DNA of 64,000 nt, taken from NCBI GenBank assembly GCA_030141605.1, contig JAQGDQ010000272.1, forward strand, positions 247,297 to 311,296, given 5' to 3'. This document shows, piece by piece, positions 1-15,000 of this stretch (position 1 is its first letter; each line of letters opens with the position of its first letter). The translations under genes and the position numbers were made by a program. The stretch is from Tubiluchus corallicola (Eukaryota; Animalia; Priapulida). The notes beneath the pieces are model-generated. The model ran no database searches. It saw nothing but the letters and a program-made list of their open reading frames with translations, and was not told the origin of the DNA.

Positions 1-107
1 CAAGATCTAAATGCTGTCACTTTTCTGCAGCTTATGTTTGATGCTTGCAAGATCTAAATGCTGTGACTTTTCTGCAGCTTATGTTTGATGCTTGCAAGAC
101 CTAAATG
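1..107. repeat. ~47-bp tandem repeat, 2+ copies, truncated by window edge
   Basis: CAAGATCTAAATGCTGT(C/G)ACTTTTCTGCAGCTTATGTTTGATGCTTG repeated directly. Confidence 0.8.
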
Positions 108-2439
108 CCAGAGCTGGCCAATATAAGTAAGTTTAACATATTTATTAATCTTAAACTGCATAAAGGAAGTTCAATTTCTATTTGGTGTAACATTTCTGCT
201 TTGCAACATTTTCTTGCAATTAGAACACTTTTGTAATTCACACCAAATGATTAAATATTTTGATTCAGTCCTTTTTTTATAAAAATCTTGTAATCACACC
301 TTAATGCAAAACGCTTTATTTTATTTGCTCAGAATAAATAACCGTTAGCAAGCCAATGCGGAATTTGAAGTTTTGTTTGGGACATTTTCGTCAGCTACAT
401 CCTAGAATGAATCTACATCCAAACAGACCAGTTAGCGTTACGACCAAAGAAGCTAATTAGAGAATTACTGCTACACAAACTTTTTACATATATTTTTAGA
501 AACATTTATGAAATGCCACACTGGGATGATTAGTATTGCATACAAACAGTAACAGATAGCGATGACTACAATATAGTTAATTCCAAATTTTTCTCACAGC
601 AATATTCCAAGCTGTGTTAATTTTTTCAATGTTGTGACTGTTAAGTTTCCAAGTTTCAGATCCTTAAAATAATTCACAAACTTTCTAAAATATTTTAATT
701 TTCACTTTAGAACTAACAAAATACAAATTTGCAATAACACTATTGACCCTAAAAATAAAATCATTTTTTGACCGAGATATATCATCATTATCAAACAAGT
801 CAGAAGTTAATATATGACCTAAATAAAACAAAGTTTTACACCAAGTTAAAGGAATTCCAGAGTTACCTATACCAACTTAGAGAAAAACCCGGGGTTGCCT
901 ATTTTAAAATGTTATGAATCCTAGAAAAAGCACGCAATAAGCTGAAATTACACCAGCAGGTAACTCATGGTATTAGTGAAATTCCAACAGTTTAGCTAAG
1001 GACATACCATGTCACAAACTACTTTAACCAAAAAACTTTTAGCTGTCAAAAGTTATCAGTTTTAAATACTCTCATTCTGGCTTCAAATCAACTGCATGAA
1101 TACCCCATGGACAATATTGACAGTCATTTGACAATACTGGTACATAAGGGTATGCCATAATGCTGGTTTTTCTAGCTAACGTAAAAGGTATAAAATATTG
1201 ATCACACTTGGTTGTTATTGTATTGACATCATTAGATCTTAAATAATCAGCCATGAGCAAAGAATTCCACAATGGTAAGTAAAAAATAGAAATTATGATG
1301 TGCGCTGCATTATGACTATGTTATCGATTGTTGCATTACACTATATGTTGTGTAACTTATTTTATGTGATGCTACATAATTGTTACATTATGTTATGCTA
1401 TTATGTTATGTTACGTTTTTCTAAGTGTAAGAGTTAGATAATACTACATTATGTTACATGTTATTCTATGCCACGCTATAGAATGGTATGCTATGTAACA
1501 ACAATGAAGGTTAAAAACACACAGTATTGTAGTGACACTCGAGTCAGTGACACCACACATAAATTTAAAAGGGAAGAAAAGGAATTTTAAAGCATATCCC
1601 AGAGAACTTTCCATACAAAGTAATATTACATAGCATAACACTTGCCTGCTTGAAAGACTGAATGTAATTATGATTAAAAGAAAATTTTTGATAATTTAAA
1701 ATGGCTGCCGCACCTAGTAAAACAGCACAGCATCACCATCCCAATGTGCACCACTGATTCACCAAAAAACATTATTGATTATGCTCTGATTATTCTTTCA
1801 AACTCTGTGCAATGTTACCTAAACAAGTTTCAAATGACGTTCAGTTAAAGTAGCTGCACCTAACAACCATCGTGAGAATTTAAATTTTCAAGTTTTATAA
1901 ATCATTACTGCTAAGGGAAGCCCTGTACACAATAAGGCAGCATGAAATATCAAGACGATTTTTTAAGCTTTATCAAGACGAATTTTTAAGTTTTATTTAT
2001 GAATAGTGTTTTCTTATGCTTTAAAATGAGTCAACCATTAAACAAAAACACTCCTGCATTACAGGAAGACTGAGGAATCACAACACGAAACATTTACATC
2101 AAGGCAAGATATTGTGCAGTGTTGTCATTCGGAACACTCAGCATGCAAAAAACTACAAGGAAAATGTAGTATGCCATCGATTTAAGTACCACAATTATAT
2201 GTAACAAGTAGCGTGCAACTGCGAATAACCAAGAAGTGTCTGTCTATGTACAGCATCTTTAAAAAATGGAAATGTACAAGTAAAATATGTAAGCCTAAAC
2301 ATGTAGTTAGAATTTTTAACTCGTTAAAAACCGTTAAAAATATTTATTTTAGACATGTTTGTAATTTTGAGAAACAAAGAAATATTTAACTCATAAAATG
2401 ATCAAAACAACTTTGACATGACAAAAATGATCAAAAGGA

Positions 2440-3040
2440 CTCACACATCACGCAAGCGAACACGTTCGAATGAATACGGATCCACACATCATGCAAGCGA
2501 ACACTTTTTTTTGAATGAGTACGGATTACGCAAGTGAACACGTTTGAATGAATACTGATCTCACATCACGCAAGCGAACACTTTTGAATGAGTACGGATC
2601 ACGCAAGTGAACACGTTCGAATGAATACAGATCACGCATCACGAAAGAGAACACGTTCGAATCAATACGGATCACACATCACGCAAGTGAACACGTTCGA
2701 ATGAATAAGGATCACACATCACGCAAGTGAACACGTTCGAATGAATACAGATCACACATCACGCAAGTGAACACATTCAAATGAATACGGATCACACATC
2801 ACGCAAGCGAACACGTTCAAATGAATACGGATCACACATCACGCAAACGAACACGTTCGAATGAATACGGATCGCATCACGCAAACGAACACGCTCGAAT
2901 GAATACGGATCACACATCATGCAAGCGAACACATTCAAATGAATACGGATCACACATCACGCAAGAGAACACGTTCGAATGAATACGGTTCACATCACGC
3001 AAACGAACACACTCGAATGAATACGGTTCACATCACGCAT
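2440..3040. repeat. ~40-bp minisatellite, ~15 copies
   Basis: Unit GAATGAATACGGATCACACATCACGCAAGCGAACACGTTC with small indels; explains ORF 2939-3193. Confidence 0.95.
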
Positions 3041-4892
3041 TACAAATTGCGCATTACTTATAGACAGAAACACTTTCATGTCTTTAAATATGCATTACAG
3101 ATGAAGCATTACTCGTACATGGAGTCGTACCTGACTAGCTTCACTGAAAAGCTTACAATTACTGATTTTAATCATGGAACCTGGTTTCAGTGATACACAA
3201 TTACTTCAAATCCAGGGCTTTTGAATGAACAAAACAAAATTTGTCACGGTTTTCATTTCCAGGCGAAAATAAAAATATGCAAGACACTATGGCAAGTAGA
3301 TCACACTTACTGGAAACACATTACATGGAAACATGAACTGCTTTGCAATTCAGACTTTTAGTAACTCGCAAATGTGCTTTTGTCAACTTTTTAGCAGACG
3401 CCACATGCTGCCACTTTACACTGTTACAACAATATTATTAGGCGCTAAATGCAAAAAGGCAGTATGTGTGCGGTATAAAATTTCAAGACAAATTTTTTAA
3501 GCTTTATGTAAGTGGAGGGTTTTCTTACACTTTAAAGATGCAAGCAGTTTACACCATTGTTAGTGGTATGTTAGATTTGTATGTCTGTACGTTTGGGTGG
3601 CTACCTATCCATGCATCCGTTTATCCATTTTCTCTTTTACATAATATTTGGTCTGTGTCCTCTCTCTCTCTCTCGAGATAAAATATACTAAAATTCTGAG
3701 CTTCCTGAAATCATTTCTTGCAGGTCAAAAGTGAGTATTTACCTGTTCATCGATACGATTTGTAAATCATTGTACGGTATATATGCAGGGATATTACCGA
3801 AACAAAAATTTCGTTTTGATTTGCTGATAATTGCACTTTCAGTTCAGTTTTGTTTTCAGCAAAATTATTAAGTTTCGCAGCCGAAACCTTTGGAAATCTT
3901 TTTTTTTCCAAGGTTTTAGTAGTATTTATCCAGCTTACCTTTTTTCCTCCTAGATGTTAAAAATCGCTGAAGAATTTTGGCTAAAATAGTTCAAAAAAAC
4001 GTAAATATTGTGCCCCTTAGTGGTACTAGTGTCTATAGAGTAAAAGTACAGTAGCTGTCTTTGACTCACATAAAACAGCAGTTAAAAAGCTAAAGCAAAA
4101 TTAACAAGATATTGTTATAATTTGTGTTATTATATAATTATTAGAACCAGTGCAAGTTATAATTTTCACTAATTATGAAAAAATACCAAAAGCTATGACT
4201 TACCGAATGTCGTGATATATTATATTTATAAGTAAAGAGCTGCTCAGTATCACGCATTACCCAGCTAGTGTAAATAACGTCAAATTCGGCGAAACCAGCA
4301 TTAACACCAAATGCTTGGACAAACATACATAAAACGAACACCCAGTTTACTGTAACTTTCCCTGCCATTACAAGCTTAACGGCAGTGAATTTCCGTCATG
4401 GCTTTAAATTACTAATTGCTGATTTGGAATTAACAAATCCAAACTTTCAATATCACAGAAAAATTCATTACGCTACACACTGCAACTCCAACACCAGCAC
4501 GTGACTGCAGCTGTGGTGTTTCACTGCTGTATAGCTGCACAGAAATGAACTCTGCCAAGTGTGAGGATTCTTGCGACAATGCGGATTCACTTGCGTTTTA
4601 TTTACAATTTGCTATCACCGTTACAATAATCTGTAGGTATGTATTACGTTTGCTTTGGTAAGATTCGCTATTTTCATTCATTAACAGAAATAAAAAACTG
4701 ACATTGCGAAGAAACTATCCGTGCTGACAAACAAGGTAAATAGTATATTGACATTTCACTACTTTTCTAACAAGGTTATCTGCATTGTCTTTTTCTTTAC
4801 TATGAAACCAGAATAAAATTCAGAAATAATAACTACACCACCTTCCAGATTTGCTCGTTAGGATGAAATAGTTTTTTTCGACTAGTATATTA

Positions 4893-5323
4893 GTCAATTA
4901 TCATATAACATAACAATGTAAAAAGAAACTTGATGAGATAATAAGGATAATATTATTATTAACATATTTATCATATATAATAAAACACGTGAAAATAGTT
5001 TATTTTGTTATTATCACTGTGTCATATTCGTCTTGTAATTTGTTACCATCAGTTCATAACAAACAAAACCAGAAACTTTGGAAAACTAATCATCATATAA
5101 AATTATCATATAACACAGAGTATATTTATCAATTATCATATAACATAACTATGCAAAAAGAAATTTGATGAGATAATAAGGATATTATTATTATTAACAT
5201 ATTTATCATCAATAATAAAACGTGTAAAAATAGTTTATTTTGTTATTATCACTGTGTCATATTCGTTTTGTAATTTGTTACCATTAGTTCATAACAAACA
5301 AAACTAGAAGATTCGGAAAACTA
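4893..5323. repeat. Direct duplication of a ~190-bp AT-rich segment
   Basis: TCAATTATCATATAACATAAC...GGAAAACTAA at ~4894-5089 and again at ~5128-5324. Confidence 0.85.
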
Positions 5324-6197
5324 ACACGTTACAATCAATTATGCAAGCTGTTCGCACCTCAAAGTATCACACATGCTTTGATCGGAGAACCATACGACAT
5401 TTAGGAAAATTGAAGTATTGAAGAAACTGAAAGCTTTATTCTTTCAGGCTAGAAAAGAAGAAATTCCATAATTTGTAGAGCAACTGACTACAGTTAGAAC
5501 CTAATAATATTATTATAACAATGAGTAGCCGCAGCATTTGGCGTGCACTAAGGCGCTAAAACGGTTAAGAAACACACCCGTGAGTTACTAAAAATCTGAA
5601 TTCTAAAACTGTAACCTACGAATGCTTGTTCAAGAACTTTGCCGAGTTATAGCAAATTATAGCAAGCAAATACATACAGCTCAATTTCAACATTTACATA
5701 CGTAAGGAGAGAGGAGGGGAGAGATAGCATGCGTGCAATAAAAAGGAAATGAGAGAGGAGAGGAGAGGAGAGAGAGGATAGGCTCGAGAAACAGCTCCCT
5801 TGATACTACATTATGCTAAATTTTAGACCTGAAAGCTGTATAATCCTTCTGATGACAACTTTAATAAAAGTTCTGTTGAGTACTTGACCAAACTTGACCG
5901 AGCTTATTGATTCCAATGGCCAGCATTGTAGTCCTTAATTATAATCGATTATTGGTGGTTAGCCTTAAAACAGCTAATCATGATAAAAGTGATTACGGGC
6001 TGGAGAGAACGAAACACAATAATTAAATTTTTCTGATGCTTTCTGACTCACGGCAGTTCACTAACTGAAATGACTGTCGAGAGGCAGCAGCACCATACAA
6101 GCTTCTCAATGCCCTTTGCTTTCTGCTTAGAAACGTTACACAAGCATAGTTACTCTAAATCAGAGAGGTTCTCAGCCTGTTGGTCTCATCATGCCCT

Positions 6198-6229
<32 letters not shown>

Positions 6230-6625
6230 ATCGATCACATAGATGTATCAAGGCAACCGTTGCGTACCAGCAGTTATATAATATTGAACCAACCAGTAGA
6301 CACGAATAATTATGCAATATACATTATGCAATGTAACTGCAATGAAGACAGCATGTCATACGTAGACAGCAGTCTATATAATTAGGTGCTTGTTAACACA
6401 AAGCCGCTCAAGTACATAGTACCAAATTACCAAATTACCAATAAATTTAAATTACATTATTTTAATTATTGAAAACTTGTTAAGTGCTTTAGTTTTGGTA
6501 AATGGCTCATGATAGCATTCTTTTCATCGCTACATACAGATGCAGCTGTTCTTAAAACTAGGAACCGAGGAACTTTGTTGAGTCCTTTTTGAAGAAAACC
6601 CGTCAACGCCAATACGATTGCTGAA

Positions 6626-9600
6626 ATGAATAAACCACATACTGCCAAACGCACTCCAGAAACAGCAGCAGCAAAAGAATGGTCGAAAATCGGAAAAGTA
6701 AGTAAGAAACCAATTTATTTAACTGTCAGCCTGGCTTTAATAATAAGCAAATATTTTCTAATGCTCAGTGTAATGGAAAAAAATAAATAATTGACTGGAT
6801 GCTCGGAAAAAGGTCTCAGCCGTTTACACGCACGTAATTACTAAACTGATTATTCTGTAATTTCTTTGCAGTAGATAGCGAGGCGTACTCGGTGCTAGTT
6901 GAGCTGTAGCAGCAACATAGTTAACTAAGCGGTCTTTTTACAAAAACTTTTACTACCGTAAAATACTGATGTATATGCCAATAGTGCAATAGTGACACAG
7001 TAATAACGGACAATAATACTTCACAGTCTGCCAATCGTCAGAATGCATGTAGGGCCTATCTGCATTGTAATTTTATCTCTTGACGTAGGCCTATATTTTA
7101 ATTTTCTTTTTCTGCTTCTGCAGCAATTGAAAACTGTGGCGCAGTTCAACGAATCGTTGAAGATACGAAATAAACTCAAAGATGGGACGTATTCTACTGA
7201 ATACCTCTTGAACTTATTAACTCGCAGTGGTGTCGACTGTAGTACCTTGTCTTCATCCGATATTCAACAATACAAAGAGAGTAAGACAATTTCTTGTAAA
7301 CTTGAAATATTGTACTTTTTATTATAAATTAAGCGAACATATACAAACGATTACGTAAGTGCGGTACGCTTAATAAAAATTTCTACAAGTTTCAAGAAAT
7401 TCGTAGAATGTTTATGGTATTGTGGGGGCGGCCTTTTTACTTTTTAAAGGACAAAGAAAAGGGGTACCTGAAGTAGGTTTTACAAAAATCGCCTTAAAAA
7501 ATTATATTAAGTTATAACAATTTTATGCGTATATCGTACTCGGGCTGAAAAGATTTTTTGCTTGTTTTCATTTTAAATCTCCTGCAATACTGTTCCGACC
7601 GCGCCATTACATGACGTCATATACACACAACGTAAATCAGGGGAAGAAAGGGAAATGTTAAATTACGTGCCAAAAAACTCCATGCAAAGTTGTATTACTT
7701 AGCATTTCACTAACCTGCTTGAAAGACTTAGCAACTAGAAATGAAAATTATTAGTAATTTAAAAAGTTTTCAGCAATTGGTAAAATGTCGTTGAATCACC
7801 TACAGGGTGCATCACTCACTAACTAAAAACATATTTTTAATCTTATTGACCAGATACAGTAATTTTAAAATTTTGCTCAGTCAGTGAAGAGTGTGCGCTA
7901 CGAATGCTCTGATTATTTTTTCAAACTTTATTCAGTGTTATCTAGACTTGTTTCAAACGACTTGTCGTCAAAATGGCTGCGTCTAACCGTCATCGCGGGA
8001 GTTTGTATTTATAGGTTTTATACAGCGTTGCTGCCGACGCGAGCTCACATGCAAAAAGACAATATGTAAGTAGTATAAAATTTCAGGAGGAATTTTTAAG
8101 CTTTATGTAAGTGGGCGGTTTTCTTGTGGTAATATTCAGCAAATACAACGGAATAAATACGCACCACAGATTTAGATACGCCGCACCGCAGAGACATTCT
8201 GTGCGCACTGGTTTCATCTAAATCTGTGATTGGTACACACACACAACACACGCACGCACGCACTCACACACACGTGCTGAACATGATTAACACGAAATCC
8301 TCATTTTAGAAATGCACCGAATAATACTGTTTCCTCCAATTGCGGGTAGCCATTTTGTTCTAACGGTTTTAATTTATATGAAGAAATGTACAGCCCAAAT
8401 TAATACTGATGGCATATTGAAGAATGAATCACATGTAAAGTAGAATAGCAATTATAGCATTAACATATAGAATACAAATACCCTCTGCAACTTCTTATGC
8501 ATAATTTCTGTATACCTGTGTCGTATTACTGGAAGAACTGGACCCTGCATTGCCATTTTCTGAACTGCAACTAAACTAATACCACACAGCATCCTAGAAT
8601 ACTATCCTAGAACGTAATATTCGTGCATTGTTGAATGTTTCATTTCCTTTGTGTTGCAGGCTTGTTTCTGGGCGTACTGTTTGCTGAATTAGTTGAGATA
8701 ACACGCAAAGATGGTCAGAAATTTGAATGGCCTTTTGAGAAATTGCATCGTCTGTTGTTCTCTGAAGTTGTAAGTGACTCGGACGAGTGTTTGTCCTAAA
8801 CATATATGGTGACAATTTGTCATTTATTATTTTGCTTTTGCTGATCTTTCTGTCTGAGAATTTTTTTATCCACTCAGCTCCGCAAGCCGGTATCTAGCAC
8901 TCAACATTGCATGCTTGTAGCGGGACCGGAATCTATTCTGTTATGAAGGTTGTGCATCTGAACTGGCAAATGTGTCTTAGCCATGTTCAGATGGACTAAA
9001 TGCATCTTTTCCCAACGAGGTATTCAGCCAGAATCAGGATATTATACAAAATCAACCAGAAACGGTTTTCTAGGTCCATGTAACTGTAGTTTGATGAAAA
9101 ATGACCAGTGGCACTAATAATGTCACCAATAGCAATGGTGTGTTACAGGATGTCCAGAAAAACGTTCCCCCAGTTAACTGTTGAACCTTCATCGTGTAGC
9201 TTGCTTTCTCCTCTTTCCAAAGAGCTATAAATCTCAAAACGACACCAGAACCGTTTTTTCTACGCTGTTTTGAAGTTTTCACCAGCCGTTCTTAGAATCT
9301 GTGTAGAAAAAACGTTCTAACGGCACTTCGTGGGCGTCTTGGAGTGGCATTTACAGCACTTTGGGAAGAGGAAAAAGCAGACTATACCAGGATAGACAAT
9401 TTCAAGTTAATTTAGAGGAACATTTTTTGTGGACGATCATTTATTACTTCAGATTCAATACCAACTTGTACTCAGCTCACGTCTTTTTTGATTTCACGTT
9501 TATTTGTTAGGCATTCAAAGTGCTAATGGCTGAATTAAAAGAAAGCCTCAAGCAAGATATGAACGAGTACCAGGCGTACGAGATGGAAAATCTGCCTGGT

Positions 9601-9741
9601 AAGAAACTAAGACTAGAAACAAAAGGGCAAACAGAAAACGACGGAGATGTACTAGAGGATGGGACTGGCTTTGACAGCAATGATGATGATGATGATGATG
9701 ATGACGACGACGACGACGACGACGACGACATGAGATATTAA
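6626..9741 (+). CDS. Uncharacterised ~189-aa protein with acidic poly-Asp tail; 4 coding exons
   Basis: Exons 6626-6697, 7124-7280, 8660-8769, 9511-9741; GT-AG introns with compatible phases (0,1,0) give one open frame MNKPHTAKRTPE...QLKTVAQFNES...SLFLGVLFAEL...AFKVLMAELKES...DDDDMRY*. Start codon is the least certain part; no family recognised. Confidence 0.7.
7448..8130 (+). mobile_element. Non-autonomous DNA transposon, Kolobok-like family A
   Basis: Begins TTAA|AGGACAAAGAAAAGG, ends GGTTTTCTTGTGGT; similar along its length to 41537-42219; decayed pieces near 1640-2025 and 3440-3535. Confidence 0.7.
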
Positions 9742-12031
9742 CAAGTGCACCTGCAACGGAAATTCACAATGCTACTCACTTAGCATTGTTTATTATTGTT
9801 TACATTTTTTGCATCATTAAAACCTTCAACCTTTTTAAGAATCTTAATGCATTAGTCAAGACGTCAAAACAAAAATGATAATAAGCTTGTATGACACGTT
9901 TATACCAAGTTCTCAAGTTCTAAAATGTAATTGTACTTCAATTGCTTTTCTCATTTCTGCAAACCTATTCACCTTCAAAGTGTTCACTCAAAACTGTTTA
10001 TCTTGAGTAGCAGAAATAACGACCTAGTTGTGCACAAGAATTCAGTAGATCCACTGTAATTTAAAATGTTTGTTGGTTGTATTTAATGTTAGCAAAACCC
10101 AGTGAGCAAGTTGCAAGAGTACAGTTTTAAAAGTAGTGACAAATAACAAAACAAACACCACGAAATTGTTTTGTACAATGGTTGTATTTACGGCCTCATC
10201 ACAGCACCTAAATAGGCAATAAATCAAAATAAAAATGCACTTTTCCATAAAACACAACTGCTTAAAAGAAACAATTATTAATGTGACTATTTAGCAGGTG
10301 CAATGACTTTCAATTTTTTAAAGTCGCAACAAATTTGTTGTAAATTATAGCTGATAAACTAGAGTAAACGTTATTTGTAGTACAGCAACACTTAAATAGC
10401 TCCGCAGACATTAATATTTCACAGAATAAACATTATTATTATACACATTCTGATAATTAATATATTACTCAATAGCATTGCAATAAACGAATTTACATTA
10501 AAGTACACAATACATAAGAACTGTGACATTTACGGTGACATGTTTAAATATATAACAGTAAACAATCTATCATCCAAACAGGAAGCAATTTTCACTGCCT
10601 TGGAAAATTTGAAGCATACACGTGTAATACTGTGCTATTCGATGTCGATACGTGACAAAGTAACCTAATTACTAACTGCTAATGACATGTTATTACATCG
10701 GGTACCTTATCACCTTATGCCGTCCTAAACAGAGAAGCATGAATAAGGGAATACTGTTGAGTTGCAACCAATTGAACCTGAGGAACTAATTAAATTGTGT
10801 CAATGATAATTTCTACTGAATTACAGAAAAGGTTTGCATAAGTTTAAGATAAACAAAAACTTCGGCTACTGGGTATACTGCATAAATGAGCTGTGCAATA
10901 AAAATAGAAGTTACAGCGCAACATAATATTAATTCACTCGTATACGAGGTGTTCTCAGCTAGATCCAATTTCCCTACCTGTGAAATCATTGACAACTGGC
11001 AAACCTAAAACTGCCCGATAACAGGTTGTTTACTGCTCACTGAGTATGTCTAGTCTACAATACGATTCGATGTTATTTACAATTTTTGTGACGTGCACAT
11101 ATGTTAGCACAACATACTAGAAGCAAAACACTTGTAGATGACTAACACAATTTAACCTAATAATGCTTCTAATCCTGTAACAACTTGATCGTCTATAATC
11201 CATAATAATTATGTTCATTATTTTACACTAATTCGCTTCACCAGCGTCAACTAATTACAAAAATTACAAACAGTCAATACCAGAAATCTTCAGAGACAAA
11301 GAAGCCTATCCTATCATTTCAGATTTTAGAGTCTATGATTCCTTATTTGTTTAGAAACCCAGTGACAACTAGTACATGCACATTATTAAATAAAATTTTG
11401 GTGACTAGTACCATCTATGCACGACAAACACAAACAATTATATCTAAACAAAATTGTAACAAAGAAGGTACAGAATATTGATTAAATCATCATTATCTAC
11501 TTACGTTATCTCAGTATTTATATCTGTTTGCTGATTAACCAAGCCCATGATTTTTAACAAGATTATTTTTCTTTACAAAATGAGCATACAATACAGTGAA
11601 ACCATTAAACTGTCATATCCAATCGACAAATACAAGCTGCGATAAAACTCATATGGAGCTGCCAATTTAGCACAACCTTTTTAAATCGTGTAAGGAGTAA
11701 AAATACCACAAGAGACAAGAACAACCCTTTTTTAAACAACTTTTGATTTTATAACACGGAGTCAAACACAATGAAATCTTAGCCAGATCACAGAATTTAT
11801 AGGTAAAATATGATAATACACTAATGTAAGAAACAAACATATATAATTAATAGAACTTTGAATTTTGAAACTTTTGAATTTTTGTGTGTTTCCAAAAAAG
11901 AAGGGTGACCTGTAAGTGATGTGTGTACTAATTTCAGAAACTTCACAACACAGTATAAGTGAATAACTCCACATACATTTATACAAAAAAGTGTAAAAAA
12001 TATTCACTATTTGTCCTGTGGCTAATGGCTT

Positions 12032-15000
12032 TTATTTAGAATATGCCTCAAAGTATTTATATGTGGGGTTCTCATATCCGTTTACCTGCATATTAACCAC
12101 ATGCTTCTCCTCAGGTGAAACAGTCGATACCTGGTCGAATCCATCTGGGGTTGAGTGCCTTTTCTTTCCTATTAGGATAGCAGCAACAATGGCTACTAGC
12201 AGTGCAACAATGCCCACACAGATGGCTATGTACAAGCTATTGCTGTGCACAAAACGCCTCTTGTGACTTCTTTCAATAAAATTCTGAAACACAAATACAG
12301 CATTTAACATCCTGTGCTGTAAATATACATGATATGAAGTCATAAAGTGTTTATTCTTAATACTGACATGTCATTTCAACTTCGAAAATTTTTGCCCATT
12401 GGGAATATAAATTGCTAACCTTTTTTCTCTGTGTAAATATTTATTTTATTTGTCTTGTAGTAGATCTTTAAATGATTTTTAATGAACTGTTCTATTATAC
12501 TTATTATGTACTGAAATAAACACAAAATAAAATAAAAATAATAAAATAATAATAATATTTACAAAAATTTGAAACTCTCACAGCATGGCATTATGTTAAA
12601 ATGGTATAATGTTAGTTTAAAACTGCAATCTGCTGTAAAATAACTGTACAAGTCTTAAGAACAATTTCCAAGAAACTTACAGATTCTACTCCTAGGCTGT
12701 TATGTTGATGATGATGCGGCGATCTTACTAATTCTTCATTCAAATCTTCCACAGCCTCTTCAATTGCTTTCTTTTCATTTTCAACTATTTCCATTTTGTC
12801 TGTGTCCACTGCAACATCAACTGCGTAAAAAACACAATTTTAATAAGTATACACTCAGACCCAGCTTTTATGGATATCGGAAGGATCGGACAAAATCTGG
12901 ACCAGTAAAGTCACACATACTACGGACAGCACATTGATTCACGAGCTGACTGCTAGTTGGGAGGCTGTCACTTGTTTTACATCTTTACGTCAGTGTAACC
13001 ACTTGTATATCTCTCTCATAATTACATAAAAATATAGTAGTGTTCCCTCGCTTATCGCGGGTCGCTATACTTATTTTAGTAGTTATACATTATTTTAAGT
13101 CTTTATAAACCCTCCCCACACTCTTATACGTAACCCTTTCTCATTCCCTTAATAACTTTTCCCATATTGTACATGTACCTTTTAAAAAACTTTACTTAAA
13201 TGTTCACAAAAATGTTTTAAACTCTTAAACCCAGATACGTTAGATACGTAATTTTGACGGAGTGCTACAAAAACCCGTGAAACAGCGAAAATACCGTGGT
13301 AAATATTTTACATTAATATTTTTGAAAACCCACGAAACAGCAAGTCCGCGATAAACGAACCGCGAAATAGCGAGGGAACACTGTACTTCTGCATAGGAGC
13401 GGCCCGTACTAGACGTTTTTGAGACAATCAGGCAATAGATTCTACATTACCATGAGTCTAATACACAGCACCTAGTGTATTAGCTTAGTAGTGGTAAATT
13501 CGGACAATCGGCAAATTTGGACCTACGTCTCCCTGCTTTTGTCTGGCAAACCAAGATATGAGTGTAATTTCAAGGAAAGGTCTCGTAATATAAAATGTGT
13601 TGAAGTAATAATAAGTCCAGTAATTTCAATTTTAATATCATTTCACTAACTTTAGAGAAACCGTTTATTATGAACTTGTTTGTTTATTCTCTATTGTTTC
13701 ACAACTCAGGAAACTCTTGGCTAGATATGTACCTGGAGTTACAGAATAACAAAGAGTGGTTAATAACACAATAATATTGAGACCTAGGATCAAGCCAGTG
13801 AATATCAAGCAGGATGCAGTTAACAATGGAAAAAACAATTATTAAAATCCAATTTTATCTTTAACTTGGAATTAAGATAATAAACAGTTAGTTTTCAATT
13901 ATCAAGTAACTCCTATGATAGCTTTGAGTTTGTTAAAATTTTTAGACACATGGAAACCAACCTTTGTAATCGCTGTACACTTCTTGATTCTCTTCCTCTT
14001 CCTCTTCGTCTTCGTCCTCGTCCTCTTCCCCTTCATCTTCATCAAAATCATCATCTTCTTCTTCATCTTCATCTGCATCTATGTTTGGATAATATGGCTG
14101 CACTTTGACTTCTTCTTCTTCTTCATGGTCTGAAAGCATGAAGTAAAAGAAAAATTAATATTAGAAACAGAACTCTTGTAGTTGAAAATTGACACAGATC
14201 ATGCCAAAAAAGGTAAAACAATTCATTATTAATAACTCAATTAACATTACTACTTAACTACCTACAATAATAAGCCTTCTCACAGTTTCGTTGTGCGCAC
14301 GCACATTTGCCGTAGGTCAATGTTATGCACCACAGCAATGTGTCTTAACTACAACCATCACATGATATGGGGGTAAAGCATAGCTATCTGTGGCATCAAT
14401 TAGTGGACTTGATTAATTATGCATTATTCTGTGCATAGAGTTTGGAGGTTGTGATGATAAAGTTAAGCTCACTAAGTGAAAGACCTGATTTTGAAAAATA
14501 AATCGAAACAAAAGAAATGACCTGATGCTGTCTAAGTAGAGCTCTATGTGATTTAACTGCCTCAGCAAACAAGTGGCAACTGTCAATTGTGACTGCTAAA
14601 TGTTCTGTCATTCATATCAGCCCATCAAATCCAAAAAATACATATAATCTTAATGGTAAAGCCAATTTGCTAAAGAACATAAAGTAGTAAACATGATTTT
14701 TAGAATCTTTCATACTAAGAACAAGAATTGTTTAATTACAAATTACTAATCATATATCAAGCCTTTACTAGAGTATTACACTCCCCTTTGGAATACACAT
14801 CACAAGACGCTTATTGATTTAATTGAAATGGTGCAGTATTATTTTACCAAACGTCTATATGCTAGATGCGGATTAAATTATATAAATTATACAACAAAAT
14901 TAACCTCTCTCAAACTGCAGTCCTTAGAAGACACGGGAATTATTTTTTATTTAAAAATGGTCTATGAAATATGCAATTCTACAGTGGCTTTAGACTTTAA

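Noticed and set aside
1072-1272. 66-aa minus-strand ORF and nearby donor-like sites (1274, ~3937, ~4736)
   Set aside because: No recognisable homology and no phase-consistent exon chain could be built
2440-3040. CRISPR-like look of this and other regular arrays (also 56473-56882, 59326-59835, 60722-64000)
   Set aside because: Head-to-tail units without unique spacers, no cas genes, eukaryotic intron-rich context
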